Assembly: GCA_018672055.1 (NCBI GenBank)
Contig: JABHGM010000001.1
Span: 353,404-417,403, forward strand
Reading direction: 5' to 3'
DNA: 64,000 bases
From: a bacterium
GTDB lineage: Bacteria; Patescibacteriota; Patescibacteriia; UBA1558; UBA10009
Shown: one piece after another, positions 10,436 through 20,260 of the stretch
How the letters are laid out: each line of letters begins with the position of its first letter
How positions within the stretch are numbered: the stretch's first letter is position 1
Position numbers and translations under genes: made by a program
Notes under the pieces: generated by a model
The model's input: the letters and a program-made list of their open reading frames with translations, nothing else
Told to the model about the DNA's origin: nothing
Database searches by the model: none

Positions 10436-11197
10436 ATGGCTAGAATAATCTCAATTATAAATCAAAAAGGCGGTGTAGGTAAAACTACTACCGCCATTAA
10501 TTTAGCTGCATATCTAGCAGCTTTAGGTAAAAAAGTTTTACTGGTTGATATTGATCCGCAAGGTAATGCTTCATCTGGGTTAGGTTTTGATTATCAAAAA
10601 ATAACTAAAGGTATATATGAGATAATGGCTTTTGATGAAATTAATTTACCTGACATTACACTACAGCATAAGATAGATAATTTACATATCGCCCCAGCCA
10701 CATTAAATTTAGCTGGAGCAAATGTTGAGCTAGTGGATCTACCAAGAAGAGAGTTTAGATTAAAAGACCAGCTTAAACCATACATGCATCAATATGATTT
10801 CATTTTAATAGATAATCCGCCTTCTCTTGGACTTTTAACTATAAATGGCATGGTTGCAGCTGATGAGCTCTTAATCCCTGTTCAATGCGAATATTTTGCT
10901 TTAGAGGGCCTTTCTCAATTACTTTATACTATTAATTTAATTCAGAATAATTTGAAACCAGACTTAAATATACTAGGAGCTATCTTAACAATGTATGATG
11001 GTAGAAATAGTTTATCAGAAGCAGTTTTTAATGAGCTCTATCAACATTTTCCAAGAAAGATATTTAGATCAGTTATTCCTAGAAATATACGTTTAGCTGA
11101 AGCTCCATCATATGGTAAATCTATTTTAGAGTACGAACCAAGTTCCAAGGGAGCTAGAGCATATAATAAGCTAGCTCAAGAAATATTATTAACTTAG
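10436..11197 (+). CDS. parA: Chromosome partitioning ATPase ParA/Soj
   Basis: NQKGGVGKTTT deviant Walker A, DIDPQGN, IPRNIRLAEAPS. Confidence 0.96.
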   Translation: MARIISIINQKGGVGKTTTAINLAAYLAALGKKVLLVDIDPQGNASSGLGFDYQKITKGIYEIMAFDEINLPDITLQHKIDNLHIAPATLNLAGANVELVDLPRREFRLKDQLKPYMHQYDFILIDNPPSLGLLTINGMVAADELLIPVQCEYFALEGLSQLLYTINLIQNNLKPDLNILGAILTMYDGRNSLSEAVFNELYQHFPRKIFRSVIPRNIRLAEAPSYGKSILEYEPSSKGARAYNKLAQEILLT

Positions 11198-11203
11198 AAT
11201 ATT

Positions 11204-12076
11204 ATGACAAATAGTGGTTTAGGCAGAGGTTTAGGTTCATTAATTCCTAAATTAAATGTCACAGATTATGAAGATGCAAAAAGACCTTCTTTTGAAGATA
11301 AAGTTTTAGATATCTCAGAAAGAGTATTACAAATATCAGTTAATGATATTAGTAGTAATCCATATCAACCAAGAAAAAGTTTTGAAAGTAGTGATATGGA
11401 AGATTTAGTTGATTCAATTAAAACTCATGGTATTTTACAACCATTAATTGTTACTGAGGAAGATGGTAAGTATCAATTAATTGCCGGAGAAAGACGATTA
11501 AAAGCTGCGCGTGTAGCAGGACTCCTTAAAGTACCAATAATTGTTAGAAATGCTGAGAATAGAGAGAAGTTAGAACTAGCTTTAATAGAGAACGTTCAAA
11601 GACAAAATTTAAACCCTATTGAAGAAGCAGTTGCTTATAAGAAATTAATTGATGAATTTAATTTAACTCAAGAAGAAGTAGGTAAAAGAGTTGGCAAGAA
11701 AAGAGCAACTGTAGCTAATTCATTAAGAATGTTAGATTTGCCTCAGATTATAAAGGAAGGTTTAGTTTCTCGTAAAATATCTGCAGGGCTAGCTAAAGTA
11801 ATACTATCTGCAGAAGGTGAACAAGAAAGAATAAAATTATATAATAAAATAATTAAATTTGCTTTAACTGTACATAAAGCAGAAGCTGAAGTAAGAAAGA
11901 TTAAAGGTATAATAGAAAGTGATAATAAGGATGTAGAAATAGCTGAAAAAGAAGATTCTTTAAGAAAAGTTCTTGGAACTAAAGTAGCTATAAATAAAAA
12001 TGGCCCTAGGGGCCAAGTAGTAATTGATTTTTACTCTAATCAAGAGTTAGATGAAATAATTAAAAAGATTATTTAA
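11204..12076 (+). CDS. parB: Chromosome partitioning protein ParB/Spo0J
   Basis: GLGRGL N-terminus, NPYQPR, GERR, ENVQRQNLNPIEEA. Confidence 0.96.
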   Translation: MTNSGLGRGLGSLIPKLNVTDYEDAKRPSFEDKVLDISERVLQISVNDISSNPYQPRKSFESSDMEDLVDSIKTHGILQPLIVTEEDGKYQLIAGERRLKAARVAGLLKVPIIVRNAENREKLELALIENVQRQNLNPIEEAVAYKKLIDEFNLTQEEVGKRVGKKRATVANSLRMLDLPQIIKEGLVSRKISAGLAKVILSAEGEQERIKLYNKIIKFALTVHKAEAEVRKIKGIIESDNKDVEIAEKEDSLRKVLGTKVAINKNGPRGQVVIDFYSNQELDEIIKKII

Positions 12077-13544
12077 TTTTATTTTTATTTAATAAACTAA
12101 TTATTTTTCTATCTTTTTCTTTATTTAAATAATATTTTATTTTATCTTTTGCTACGTTAGTTTTAACAAAGTCTAACCAATCTGGATTAGGCTTTTTTCT
12201 ATTCTTATTAATTAATATTTCAATAACATCTCCACTTTTTAGAGGAGTGTCTAATGAATTCATTTCATCATTTATTAAAGCACCACTACATTTATTACCC
12301 ACATCTGTATGAATATGATATGCAAAATCAACAGGCGTAGAATTTTCAGGTAAATCAATTACATCACCTCTTGGTGTAAAGACAAATATTCTGTTTTGAA
12401 ATACTTCAACTTTAATTTCTGATAAATATTTTGAATCATCTTGAAACTTTTTTTGAATATCTTTTAAACCATCTATCCAGATAGCTTTTTCTTTTGTTAA
12501 CTTTTTAATATCACTTTCTTTGTATTTCCAATGAGCAGCAATACCAAATTCAGCAAGATCATGCATTTTTTGCTCTCTTATTTGGAACTCAACTATTTTA
12601 CCCTTCTCAGCAAAAACAGTTGTGTGTAATGATTGATAACCGTTAGGTTTAGGTTGTGCAATATAATCTTTAACCCTGCCTTTTAATGGTTTCCATTTTT
12701 TATGTACCAGACCAAGTACTCTATAGCATTCAGGAATATCTTTGACTACAACTCTTATAGCTATTAGATCATATATTTTATCTATATCTTTATCACGTGT
12801 TAACATTTTACGATACAGAGAATATATATGTTTTACTCTGCCATGTATAGAGATATATTCAATACCTTCTGCTTGTAATTCTTTTTGCATTATTTTCTTT
12901 ATCTTTTCAATAAATTTAAATTCTACTTTTAATTTATTTTCAGCTTCTTTTTTAACCCAGGCATATTCTTTAGGATAAACATAAGGAAAAGCTAAATCTT
13001 CTAAATTTCCTTTCATTTCACCCATACCAAGTCTAAGAGCAATTGGTGCATATATTTCTAAAGTTTCTAAAGCAATCCTTTTTCTTTTATCTGGTCTTAA
13101 GTGTTCTAAAGTTTCTAAGTTATGCATTCTATCTGCAAATTTAATTAATATAACCCTAATATCTTCAGCCATAGCTAAAAACATTTTACGTAAGTTTTCA
13201 GCATATCTTTCTAAACCACGATATTTAAGAGTACCAAGCTTTGTAATCCCTTCAACAAGTTTAACAACTTCTTTACCAAATTTCTTTTTAATATCTTCTA
13301 GTGTATAGCTAGTATCTTCAGGTACATCATGAAGCAGACCAGCGATTATAGAAGGCGTATCTAATCTTAATTTAGCAAGATTTAATGAAGTAGCTAAAGA
13401 ATGTTGAATATAGTCTTCACCTGACTGACGTTTCATGCCAGCATGAGCCATAGCAGCAAATTCATAAGCTTCACGTATTTTTTTAACGTTAGCATCAGGA
13501 TTATATTCTTTAACAGCTTCAATTATTTGTTCGATAGTTATCAT
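12069..13544 (-). CDS. RelA/SpoT family (p)ppGpp synthetase/hydrolase (HD + SYNTH + TGS, no ACT)
   Basis: LLHDVPED, KFADRMHN, KDYIAQPKPNGYQSLHT, TPVDFAYHIHT. Confidence 0.95.
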   Translation of the reverse strand: MITIEQIIEAVKEYNPDANVKKIREAYEFAAMAHAGMKRQSGEDYIQHSLATSLNLAKLRLDTPSIIAGLLHDVPEDTSYTLEDIKKKFGKEVVKLVEGITKLGTLKYRGLERYAENLRKMFLAMAEDIRVILIKFADRMHNLETLEHLRPDKRKRIALETLEIYAPIALRLGMGEMKGNLEDLAFPYVYPKEYAWVKKEAENKLKVEFKFIEKIKKIMQKELQAEGIEYISIHGRVKHIYSLYRKMLTRDKDIDKIYDLIAIRVVVKDIPECYRVLGLVHKKWKPLKGRVKDYIAQPKPNGYQSLHTTVFAEKGKIVEFQIREQKMHDLAEFGIAAHWKYKESDIKKLTKEKAIWIDGLKDIQKKFQDDSKYLSEIKVEVFQNRIFVFTPRGDVIDLPENSTPVDFAYHIHTDVGNKCSGALINDEMNSLDTPLKSGDVIEILINKNRKKPNPDWLDFVKTNVAKDKIKYYLNKEKDRKIISLLNKNKIK

Positions 13545-13674
13545 ATATTTTGTTTATTTATTGTACTAATACTAGATAAATAAGTAAAGAGATACTTGAC
13601 TTTTAGAGTAAAATATTATAATATGTTCTATTAAATAAGTATGCACACAAACAACTAAATATAAGGAGAAAATA

Positions 13675-14643
13675 ATGCGTTATTTAATAGTACTTACAGT
13701 AATGGTAGTTATACTCTTAAATGTAACTATAGCTCAAAGACCTAACGTAATAATTATAAATGACTTTAATTGTCGTAATAATGCAAAATCAGCAATTGAA
13801 TATATGGATTGCTATGAGCAGGCAAGTAGAGCTACTACTACCTATTTTTCATTAGATAATGATAATTATAGTGATTTTGACACATTCGTTTATAACTCAG
13901 CGATACATGAATTGAATAATTTATTGTGGCTTATAATAACCTATAGGATAGATAATGGTCAGAATGAACGAATATTGTCAAATTATTTAAAAAAGGAATT
14001 AGATAATTATTCAGATGATAGTGTTAATCGTGGTGAAATCTTAATAACAAACTCAGATGAGTTTGTTGCAAATAGCGATAAACATAGAAAACTTACCAAT
14101 ATTATCTATGATAAACTGGCTCAGCTGGTCAATGAGATAATTGAATTAAAACCAGCAAATATGTACGATCGTATATTTGTAAACGGTATTACTACTAGTT
14201 ATTCTGCTTATAAGTACGAAGGCATTCCTACTATGTCTGACTTGGATAATGTAAAAAGTAGATTACTTAAATCGGGGGCAATTCCTATAGAGAATGTTAA
14301 AAAGATGATTTATACAGCTAATTCAAAAAGTCTTTTATATAATGCAGAGGATGAATTTCTTAGTTATTATAAAGACTTTGATTGGTATGAAGAACGAATA
14401 AAAAAAGCTTCTTTAGAAGTCCTTGAATTAGATCCTAGTTTTGCAATCCCTTGTTATAAAGGATATATTGATTATGACTGGGGCAGAGAAATGATGAATG
14501 CTGCAATAGAAGAGAGACCTTTTAATGAAAAATATTTTTTTAGGAAGTATCTTATACTTGGAGCAATACTAATTAATGTGGCATTAATCTTTTATTTAAT
14601 GTATTTGGCAACACATAAGCCTAAGCAATCGATACAATCTTAA
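13675..14643 (+). CDS. Hypothetical exported protein with C-terminal TM anchor
   Basis: Signal peptide, C-terminal hydrophobic helix; own TTGACT/TATAAT promoter, AAGGAG RBS and terminator. Confidence 0.7.
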   Translation: MRYLIVLTVMVVILLNVTIAQRPNVIIINDFNCRNNAKSAIEYMDCYEQASRATTTYFSLDNDNYSDFDTFVYNSAIHELNNLLWLIITYRIDNGQNERILSNYLKKELDNYSDDSVNRGEILITNSDEFVANSDKHRKLTNIIYDKLAQLVNEIIELKPANMYDRIFVNGITTSYSAYKYEGIPTMSDLDNVKSRLLKSGAIPIENVKKMIYTANSKSLLYNAEDEFLSYYKDFDWYEERIKKASLEVLELDPSFAIPCYKGYIDYDWGREMMNAAIEERPFNEKYFFRKYLILGAILINVALIFYLMYLATHKPKQSIQS

Positions 14644-14655
14644 TGTATTTAAATA

Positions 14656-14688
14656 ACCCTCTGATCAATGATCAGAGGGTATTTTTTT
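14656..14688. terminator. Intrinsic terminator between convergent genes
   Basis: accctctgatca-a-tgatcagagggt followed by a T run. Confidence 0.8.
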
Positions 14689-14712
14689 ATTTAAATTTAT
14701 TTGTTTATATAT

Positions 14713-16896
14713 TTACTTACAATCTTTATTTGAGCACTTAGTAGTATCTTTAGGTCCAAATACCATTAAGGCTTCACACTTTGGACATTTATCACCGGTT
14801 GGTTTAGACCATAGAGCGTGTTTACAATCAGGATATTGGTTACAAGCAAAAAATGTTTTACCTTTTTTACTTCTTTTTTCTACTATATCACCTTTATTAC
14901 ACTCTGGGCATTTTACTCCAGTCTTTTTTTCAATATTTTTTATATTCTTACAATCTGGGTAACCAGTACAAGCTATGAATTTTCCGAATCTACCATGCTT
15001 TACTGCCATAGGTTTACCGCACTTATCACACTTTTCTTTGATTTCTTCAGGTTCTTCAATTTTTCCATCATCACCAATTTGTTTAGTATTTTTACATTCT
15101 GGATAATTAGAACAAGCTAAGAATTTACCAAATCTACCTAATTTAATAAGCATAGCTTTACCGCATTTATCACATTTTTCATCTGACTTTTCTTCAGTTA
15201 TATCTTTTTTATTTATTTCTTCTTCTTTTAACATAAGATTTTTTTTAAAAGGTTCATAAAAGTTTTTTATAATTGGTTGCCACTCTTTATTACCCTGAGC
15301 TATTTCATCTAAATCATCTTCCATAGAAGCGGTAAATTTATAATCTACTATATCTTTAAAATGTTTTACTAATAAATCATTTACTACAATACCAATTTGT
15401 GTTGGTTTTAATCTTTTTTCTATTCTATCAACATATTTTCTAGTTTGTATTGTAGCAATAGTTGGAGCATAAGTTGAAGGTCTGCCAATACCATGCTCTT
15501 CTAATACTTTAACCAATCCAGCTTCAGAGTATCTAGCAGGTGGTTCTGTAAAATGTTGAATACTTTTAATTTCTTTATCTTTTAAAATATCTTTTATTGA
15601 AAGTTTAGGTAATATGTCATCACCGCTTTTAGGAGGTATTACTTTTAAGAAACCATCGAATGTTATAACTGAGCCTTTAGCTCTAAAGATATATTGATTA
15701 TCACTTACTATATCTACATTTGTATTATTAACGAGAGCAGAAGCCATTTGAGAGGCTATAGCTCTTCTCCAGATTAAATTATATAACTTAAATTGTTTAT
15801 CATTTAAATGTTGCTTAATACTTTCTGGATCATAACTAGCATGTGTTGGACGTATAGCTTCATGAGCTTCTTGAGCTAGTTTTGATTTTGTTTTGTAAAT
15901 ACCTTTTTTAAAATATTCTTTACCATACTTATCAGTAATATATCCTTCAGCTTCATTTATGAACTTATCAGATAAAGTTAAAGAGTCAGTACGCATATAG
16001 GTAATTAAACCAACTTGACCTTCATTACCAAGATTAATACCTTCATAAAGCTGTTGAGCAAACATCATAGTTTGTTTAGCTGAGAAGCCAAGCATTCGGT
16101 TGGCTGTTTGTTGTAGGGTTGAAGTAGTAAAAGGAGGTAGTGGATTTCTTTTTGATTCTTTTTCATCTACTTTGCCAACTGTATATTTTTGTCCTTTTAA
16201 TTCATCTAATATTTTATCAGAACCTTTTTTATCTGAAATATCAAATTTAGTTAACTTCTTTTCAGGCGTACTATTTAATTTAGCATTAATATCATTATCA
16301 TCTTTAGTAAATAGTCCTTCAATAGTCCAATATTCTTCTGGTTTAAATGCTTCTATTTCTCTTTCACGTTCTACTATTAAACGAACACAGACAGATTGAA
16401 CACGTCCAGCTGATAATCCACGAGCTACTTTTTTCCAAAGGAAAGGAGATAATTCATAACCGACTAATCTATCTAATATTCTACGAGCTTGTTGAGCATT
16501 TACTAAGTTATTATCAATTTTACCAGGTTTTTCTAAAGCTTCTTTTATAGCTGATTTAGTAATTTCATGAAAAGTAATTCTTTTGGTATTTTTTGGATGT
16601 TTAAATATATTATCTAAGTGCCAAGCAATAGCTTCACCTTCTCTATCTTCATCAGTTGCGTAATATACTGTAGAGGCTTTACTGGCTAATTTTTTAAGCT
16701 CACTAGCTCTTTTTTTAGCCTTGTCTGGTACTACGTATTCAGGTTCAAAATCATGTTCAATATCAACACCCATAGTACTTTTAGGTAAATCACGTATATG
16801 TCCAAAGCTAGATTCTACTTTATAGTCATATGATAAAAAACGGCTAATTGTTTTAGCTTTTGTAGGGGATTCGACTATGACTAAATTCTTACTCAT
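14713..16896 (-). CDS. topA: DNA topoisomerase I
   Basis: LVIVESPTKAKTI, DEDREGE, SAGRVQS, LITYMRTDS, C-terminal zinc ribbons. Confidence 0.98.
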   Translation of the reverse strand: MSKNLVIVESPTKAKTISRFLSYDYKVESSFGHIRDLPKSTMGVDIEHDFEPEYVVPDKAKKRASELKKLASKASTVYYATDEDREGEAIAWHLDNIFKHPKNTKRITFHEITKSAIKEALEKPGKIDNNLVNAQQARRILDRLVGYELSPFLWKKVARGLSAGRVQSVCVRLIVEREREIEAFKPEEYWTIEGLFTKDDNDINAKLNSTPEKKLTKFDISDKKGSDKILDELKGQKYTVGKVDEKESKRNPLPPFTTSTLQQTANRMLGFSAKQTMMFAQQLYEGINLGNEGQVGLITYMRTDSLTLSDKFINEAEGYITDKYGKEYFKKGIYKTKSKLAQEAHEAIRPTHASYDPESIKQHLNDKQFKLYNLIWRRAIASQMASALVNNTNVDIVSDNQYIFRAKGSVITFDGFLKVIPPKSGDDILPKLSIKDILKDKEIKSIQHFTEPPARYSEAGLVKVLEEHGIGRPSTYAPTIATIQTRKYVDRIEKRLKPTQIGIVVNDLLVKHFKDIVDYKFTASMEDDLDEIAQGNKEWQPIIKNFYEPFKKNLMLKEEEINKKDITEEKSDEKCDKCGKAMLIKLGRFGKFLACSNYPECKNTKQIGDDGKIEEPEEIKEKCDKCGKPMAVKHGRFGKFIACTGYPDCKNIKNIEKKTGVKCPECNKGDIVEKRSKKGKTFFACNQYPDCKHALWSKPTGDKCPKCEALMVFGPKDTTKCSNKDCK

Positions 16897-16899
16897 ATA

Positions 16900-18195
16900 T
16901 TATTTTTTACCGTTTTTACCATTAGGCTTTTTAAAACTTCTTCTAGTTTTTAAAATAGCTTCTTCATTAGTCCATTTAGTTCTAAGCTCTCCAGCTAAGA
17001 AGAACGAACCTGTTATTAAAAGCAGATCACCTTTTTCTAATTCATTTAAAGCATCTTTTAATGCTTTCCAAGGATCAATATGTATAACAATAGGTAGTTT
17101 AGATCTTTGAGTTCTAGCAATCTCACGTAGCTCTCTTAAGTTAGCAGATTTTCTAGTTTGTTTTAAGAATCTAGTAATATATATTTTATCAGCTATAGGT
17201 AATATTGATTTTAAACATTTTCTATAATCTTTATTAGCAGCTATAGCAAATACTAAAATTAATCTCTTGTATTTCTTCTTCTCAATTTTTTTTCTTAAAT
17301 ATTCAAGTTTAGGTGGGTTATGTGCTCCATCAATAATAACAAGAGGTTCTTTTTGCACAGATTCAAGTCTACAAGGCAGGGTAGTTTCGGTTAAACCTTT
17401 TTTAATAACCTTCTCTTTGATTCCTAAAGCAGCAGCAGCACCATGAGCTAGTATTTTATTAGAATTGCCATCTTCAGGTTTTAAGAAAATATATTTTGCT
17501 CCCATCTTAGCACATTTTTTCTTAAATATTTCTAAAAGTTTAGGTCTAGTTTCTGTAGTAATAAAAGTTGAATTCTTTTTAATAATTCCTGATTTATCTT
17601 TAGCAATTAAACTCAAAGTATTACCAAGTACATCCATATGGTCATAACCAACATTAGTAATTAAGGCTAGTTTAGTATTCTTAACTACATTAGTAGCATC
17701 ATAGGCACCACCAAGTCCTGCTTCTAAAACAATATAGTTACAATTTTTCTTTTTAAAGTAGAGAAAAGCTAAAGTTAAAAAGACTTCATAATATGAAGGG
17801 CAACCATAGGGAGATTTCATAATAGCTTTTTTTAAATGAGGTTTAATATGATCAACAAGTTCAATAAAATCTTTTTGTGAAATATATATATCATTTACTT
17901 TAATTCTTTCAATTGAAGTAGTTGAATGAGGAGAAAAGTAAGAACCTACCCTATAACCTGCTACTAAGAGTATTTTATGAAGATAATTAGTAACAGTTCC
18001 TTTACCACCAGTGCCAGTAATATGGATTATCTTAAAACCGTCTTGTGGGTTATCCATAAGCTTTAAGAAGTACCTTAAACGATCAACATAATATGATCTG
18101 TCGATTTTATCTTTCTTCATATAGTTCTTAGAGGTCATATTATTGATAGACTCTAAGAAATCAACTGCTCTTTGATATTTGCGAAATGTATTCAT
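16900..18195 (-). CDS. folC: Folylpolyglutamate synthase / dihydrofolate synthase family (Mur-ligase fold)
   Basis: IHITGTGGKG, EAGLGG.YDATN, DHMDVLG, DGAHNP, TGSFFLAG. Confidence 0.88.
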   Translation of the reverse strand: MNTFRKYQRAVDFLESINNMTSKNYMKKDKIDRSYYVDRLRYFLKLMDNPQDGFKIIHITGTGGKGTVTNYLHKILLVAGYRVGSYFSPHSTTSIERIKVNDIYISQKDFIELVDHIKPHLKKAIMKSPYGCPSYYEVFLTLAFLYFKKKNCNYIVLEAGLGGAYDATNVVKNTKLALITNVGYDHMDVLGNTLSLIAKDKSGIIKKNSTFITTETRPKLLEIFKKKCAKMGAKYIFLKPEDGNSNKILAHGAAAALGIKEKVIKKGLTETTLPCRLESVQKEPLVIIDGAHNPPKLEYLRKKIEKKKYKRLILVFAIAANKDYRKCLKSILPIADKIYITRFLKQTRKSANLRELREIARTQRSKLPIVIHIDPWKALKDALNELEKGDLLLITGSFFLAGELRTKWTNEEAILKTRRSFKKPNGKNGKK

Positions 18196-18228
18196 AGTTT
18201 TTAGGGTACATTATTTTTAAGTATTTTG

Positions 18229-19110
18229 TCAATAGTAATATTCTTTCAAGCTATCTAATATGTCATCTGAGCTAGTTATTAATTTAGCTCCTTGTTGAAT
18301 TAACATATTAGTTCCTTTAGAATTTTCATATACTATATTGCCAGGTAAGCATAATATATCCTTACCTTGTTCTAAAGCATACTTAGTAGTAATTAAAGCT
18401 CCAGACTTTAAAGTAGCTTCTATTATTAAAGTTACATTACTTAATCCAGAAATTAATCTATTTCTTCTAACAAAGTTTTTAGGCAAAGGTTTTGCTTTGG
18501 GATAAAACTCAGAAAGTATTAATCCGTTATTATTTATTATATCATCTACTAGCTTTAAATTGCTACTGGGATAAATATTGGAAAGCCCAGAGCCTAGTAT
18601 GGCAGTTGTTGGGCCTTTGTATCTTAAACTTATTTTATGAGCTAAAGTATCAACACCGTAAGCTAGTCCAGAAATAATATTTATATTATTCTTAGCTACG
18701 TCTTTTAATAGTGAAGGCATTACTTGTTTTGCATAATCTGATATATCTCTTGAACCAACTACAGCTAAATTTATATTATTTAATATATTTATATTTCCTT
18801 TGTAATAGAGAATGAATGGGGGATCATATATGTCTTTTAAAAGTTGAGGGTAATCATTATCATAGATAGACACTATATTAATATTATCATTAATTAATTC
18901 ATCTATTAATTTATCAGGGTCGAGCTTGTCTTTTTCTGCAAATATCTTTTTAACTGTTATATCAGCTAAACCTATTTTTATATATTCTTGATAACTTGCT
19001 TCAAAACAAGTTTTTGGATTAATAAAAAAATCCAAGACCTTCTTAAGAGTTACGGGACCTAGACCCTGGATTTGACTTAACGCCAATAAGTATTTCAAAT
19101 CACTTTTCAT
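18229..19110 (-). CDS. dprA: DNA-processing protein DprA
   Basis: YPQLLKDIYDPP, AVVGSR, SGLAYGVD, RRNRLISGLS, SGALIT. Confidence 0.96.
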   Translation of the reverse strand: MKSDLKYLLALSQIQGLGPVTLKKVLDFFINPKTCFEASYQEYIKIGLADITVKKIFAEKDKLDPDKLIDELINDNINIVSIYDNDYPQLLKDIYDPPFILYYKGNINILNNINLAVVGSRDISDYAKQVMPSLLKDVAKNNINIISGLAYGVDTLAHKISLRYKGPTTAILGSGLSNIYPSSNLKLVDDIINNNGLILSEFYPKAKPLPKNFVRRNRLISGLSNVTLIIEATLKSGALITTKYALEQGKDILCLPGNIVYENSKGTNMLIQQGAKLITSSDDILDSLKEYYY

Positions 19111-19245
19111 AAATTGTAAGTGGATCTTAGAATATATCTATATTAGTGTCAAGGATTCTAAACTTGATCTTTTTGAGATATCTTGTTAATATATTTTAAC
19201 TACTGTTTAATTTATCTAATTTTAGCTAAAATTATTAGTTAAATA

Positions 19246-19274
19246 TTGACAAAATTGTATTTTCTTGATAAGGT
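19246..19274 (+). promoter_or_regulatory. Sigma70 promoter firing into an ORF-less interval
   Basis: TTGACA-N17-TAAGGT with extended -10 TG. Confidence 0.5.
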
Positions 19275-19280
19275 AATACA

Positions 19281-19489
19281 TTATTAATTTTAAATATAGT
19301 AATTTGTTTTTAAATTTCTGCTTACCAGCGGTGAAAGTTAGTGTCTCCCTCCTAGCGCAAACGAGTAGCCTTAAGCTAAGACATTATTCCTTTTGGAGTA
19401 GTGCCTTACGCTGGTGAGTGGTAATTTGGAGATAAGTTCTCCATGTTCATTTTAAACATAAAAAATGTTCCCATACGGGAACATTTTTT
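19281..19489 (+). ncRNA. Candidate structured ncRNA (long hairpin; 6S RNA candidate)
   Basis: 19301-19330 pairs with 19409-19438 (29 of 30 positions, many G-U); GC-richer than flanks; bracketed by a promoter and a terminator; no ORF. Confidence 0.6.
19460..19489. terminator. Bidirectional intrinsic terminator
   Basis: aaaaaatgttccc-atac-gggaacattttttt. Confidence 0.85.
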
Positions 19490-19508
19490 TGTTAGGTTGG
19501 AGACCTAT

Positions 19509-19709
19509 TTAGTTTTTAAAAAATTTAGACCAAGGCTTAATAGCAGCTAATAGGAAGACGATAAAGTACCAATACCATTCAAAAGATAGTAGATCAGGTA
19601 AAAGTTTAGCAAGCATTAAAGTAAAAGCAAATATAGCAAGTTTTACTAAGCCCATGTCAGACCAAGTCAATTTTTTAATATTTGAATTTGTCCAGTTTAA
19701 TATACTCAT
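19509..19709 (-). CDS. Small 2-TM membrane protein
   Basis: Likely start MSILNW at 19709, preceded by RBS GGGGGTGA; KKLTWSDMGLVK motif. Confidence 0.7.
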   Translation of the reverse strand: MSILNWTNSNIKKLTWSDMGLVKLAIFAFTLMLAKLLPDLLSFEWYWYFIVFLLAAIKPWSKFFKN

Positions 19710-19734
19710 AATTTCACCCCCTTTCAAAGAAGAT

Positions 19735-20259
19735 TTATATTAAATTATTTATTTCTTGAATAACTTTATTTATCACTTCTTTAACTTTTTTCTTTTCAAA
19801 TAAACCAAATTTATTTAATACAAATTTACTTGTATCTGACATTTTACGTGGGTTATCAGATGCTACGCCTACTCTTATTCTAGTAAAGTCCTGAGTTTTT
19901 AAATGTTTTATAATAGATTTAACACCATTATGGCCAGCCGGTCCACGATTATTTTGTATTTTATATTCTCCGAGTAATAGGTCTTTGTCATCATGTATTA
20001 CTATTACATCTTTAGGATCAATATTATGTTTACGTATTGCGTAAGCTACGGTAAAACCAGATTCATTCATAAAGGTTTGTGGTTTAATGAGCTCAACATC
20101 AGTATTATTAACTTTGGTTTTAATAAAAAGACCTTTAGCCTTTTTATCGTTATTCCAGTTCTCATTACCAGCTAAAGCATCTAAAACCATGAAGCCAATA
20201 TTATGTCTGGTCTTTTCATATTGTTTACCTGGATTACCAAGTCCTATTATTAATTTCAT
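19735..20259 (-). CDS. pth: Peptidyl-tRNA hydrolase
   Basis: LIIGLGNPG..Y..TRHNIGF, KPQTFMNESG, GHNGVKSI. Confidence 0.97.
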   Translation of the reverse strand: MKLIIGLGNPGKQYEKTRHNIGFMVLDALAGNENWNNDKKAKGLFIKTKVNNTDVELIKPQTFMNESGFTVAYAIRKHNIDPKDVIVIHDDKDLLLGEYKIQNNRGPAGHNGVKSIIKHLKTQDFTRIRVGVASDNPRKMSDTSKFVLNKFGLFEKKKVKEVINKVIQEINNLI

Positions 20260-20260
20260 A

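Noticed and set aside
19115-19140. TGTAAG-N16 as a fourth ECF promoter
   Set aside because: The -10 position reads TCTA rather than CGTC
19338-19390. HDV-like ribozyme (tcctagc loop, gctaa junction, tagtgtct/agacatta as P2)
   Set aside because: No complementary P3 or P1/P1.1 strands could be assigned
19465-19483. tgttcccatacgggaaca as a parS site near parAB
   Set aside because: It spans 18 bp with a 4-nt loop and A/T tails rather than the 16-bp TGTTNCACGTGAAACA palindrome; better explained as a terminator
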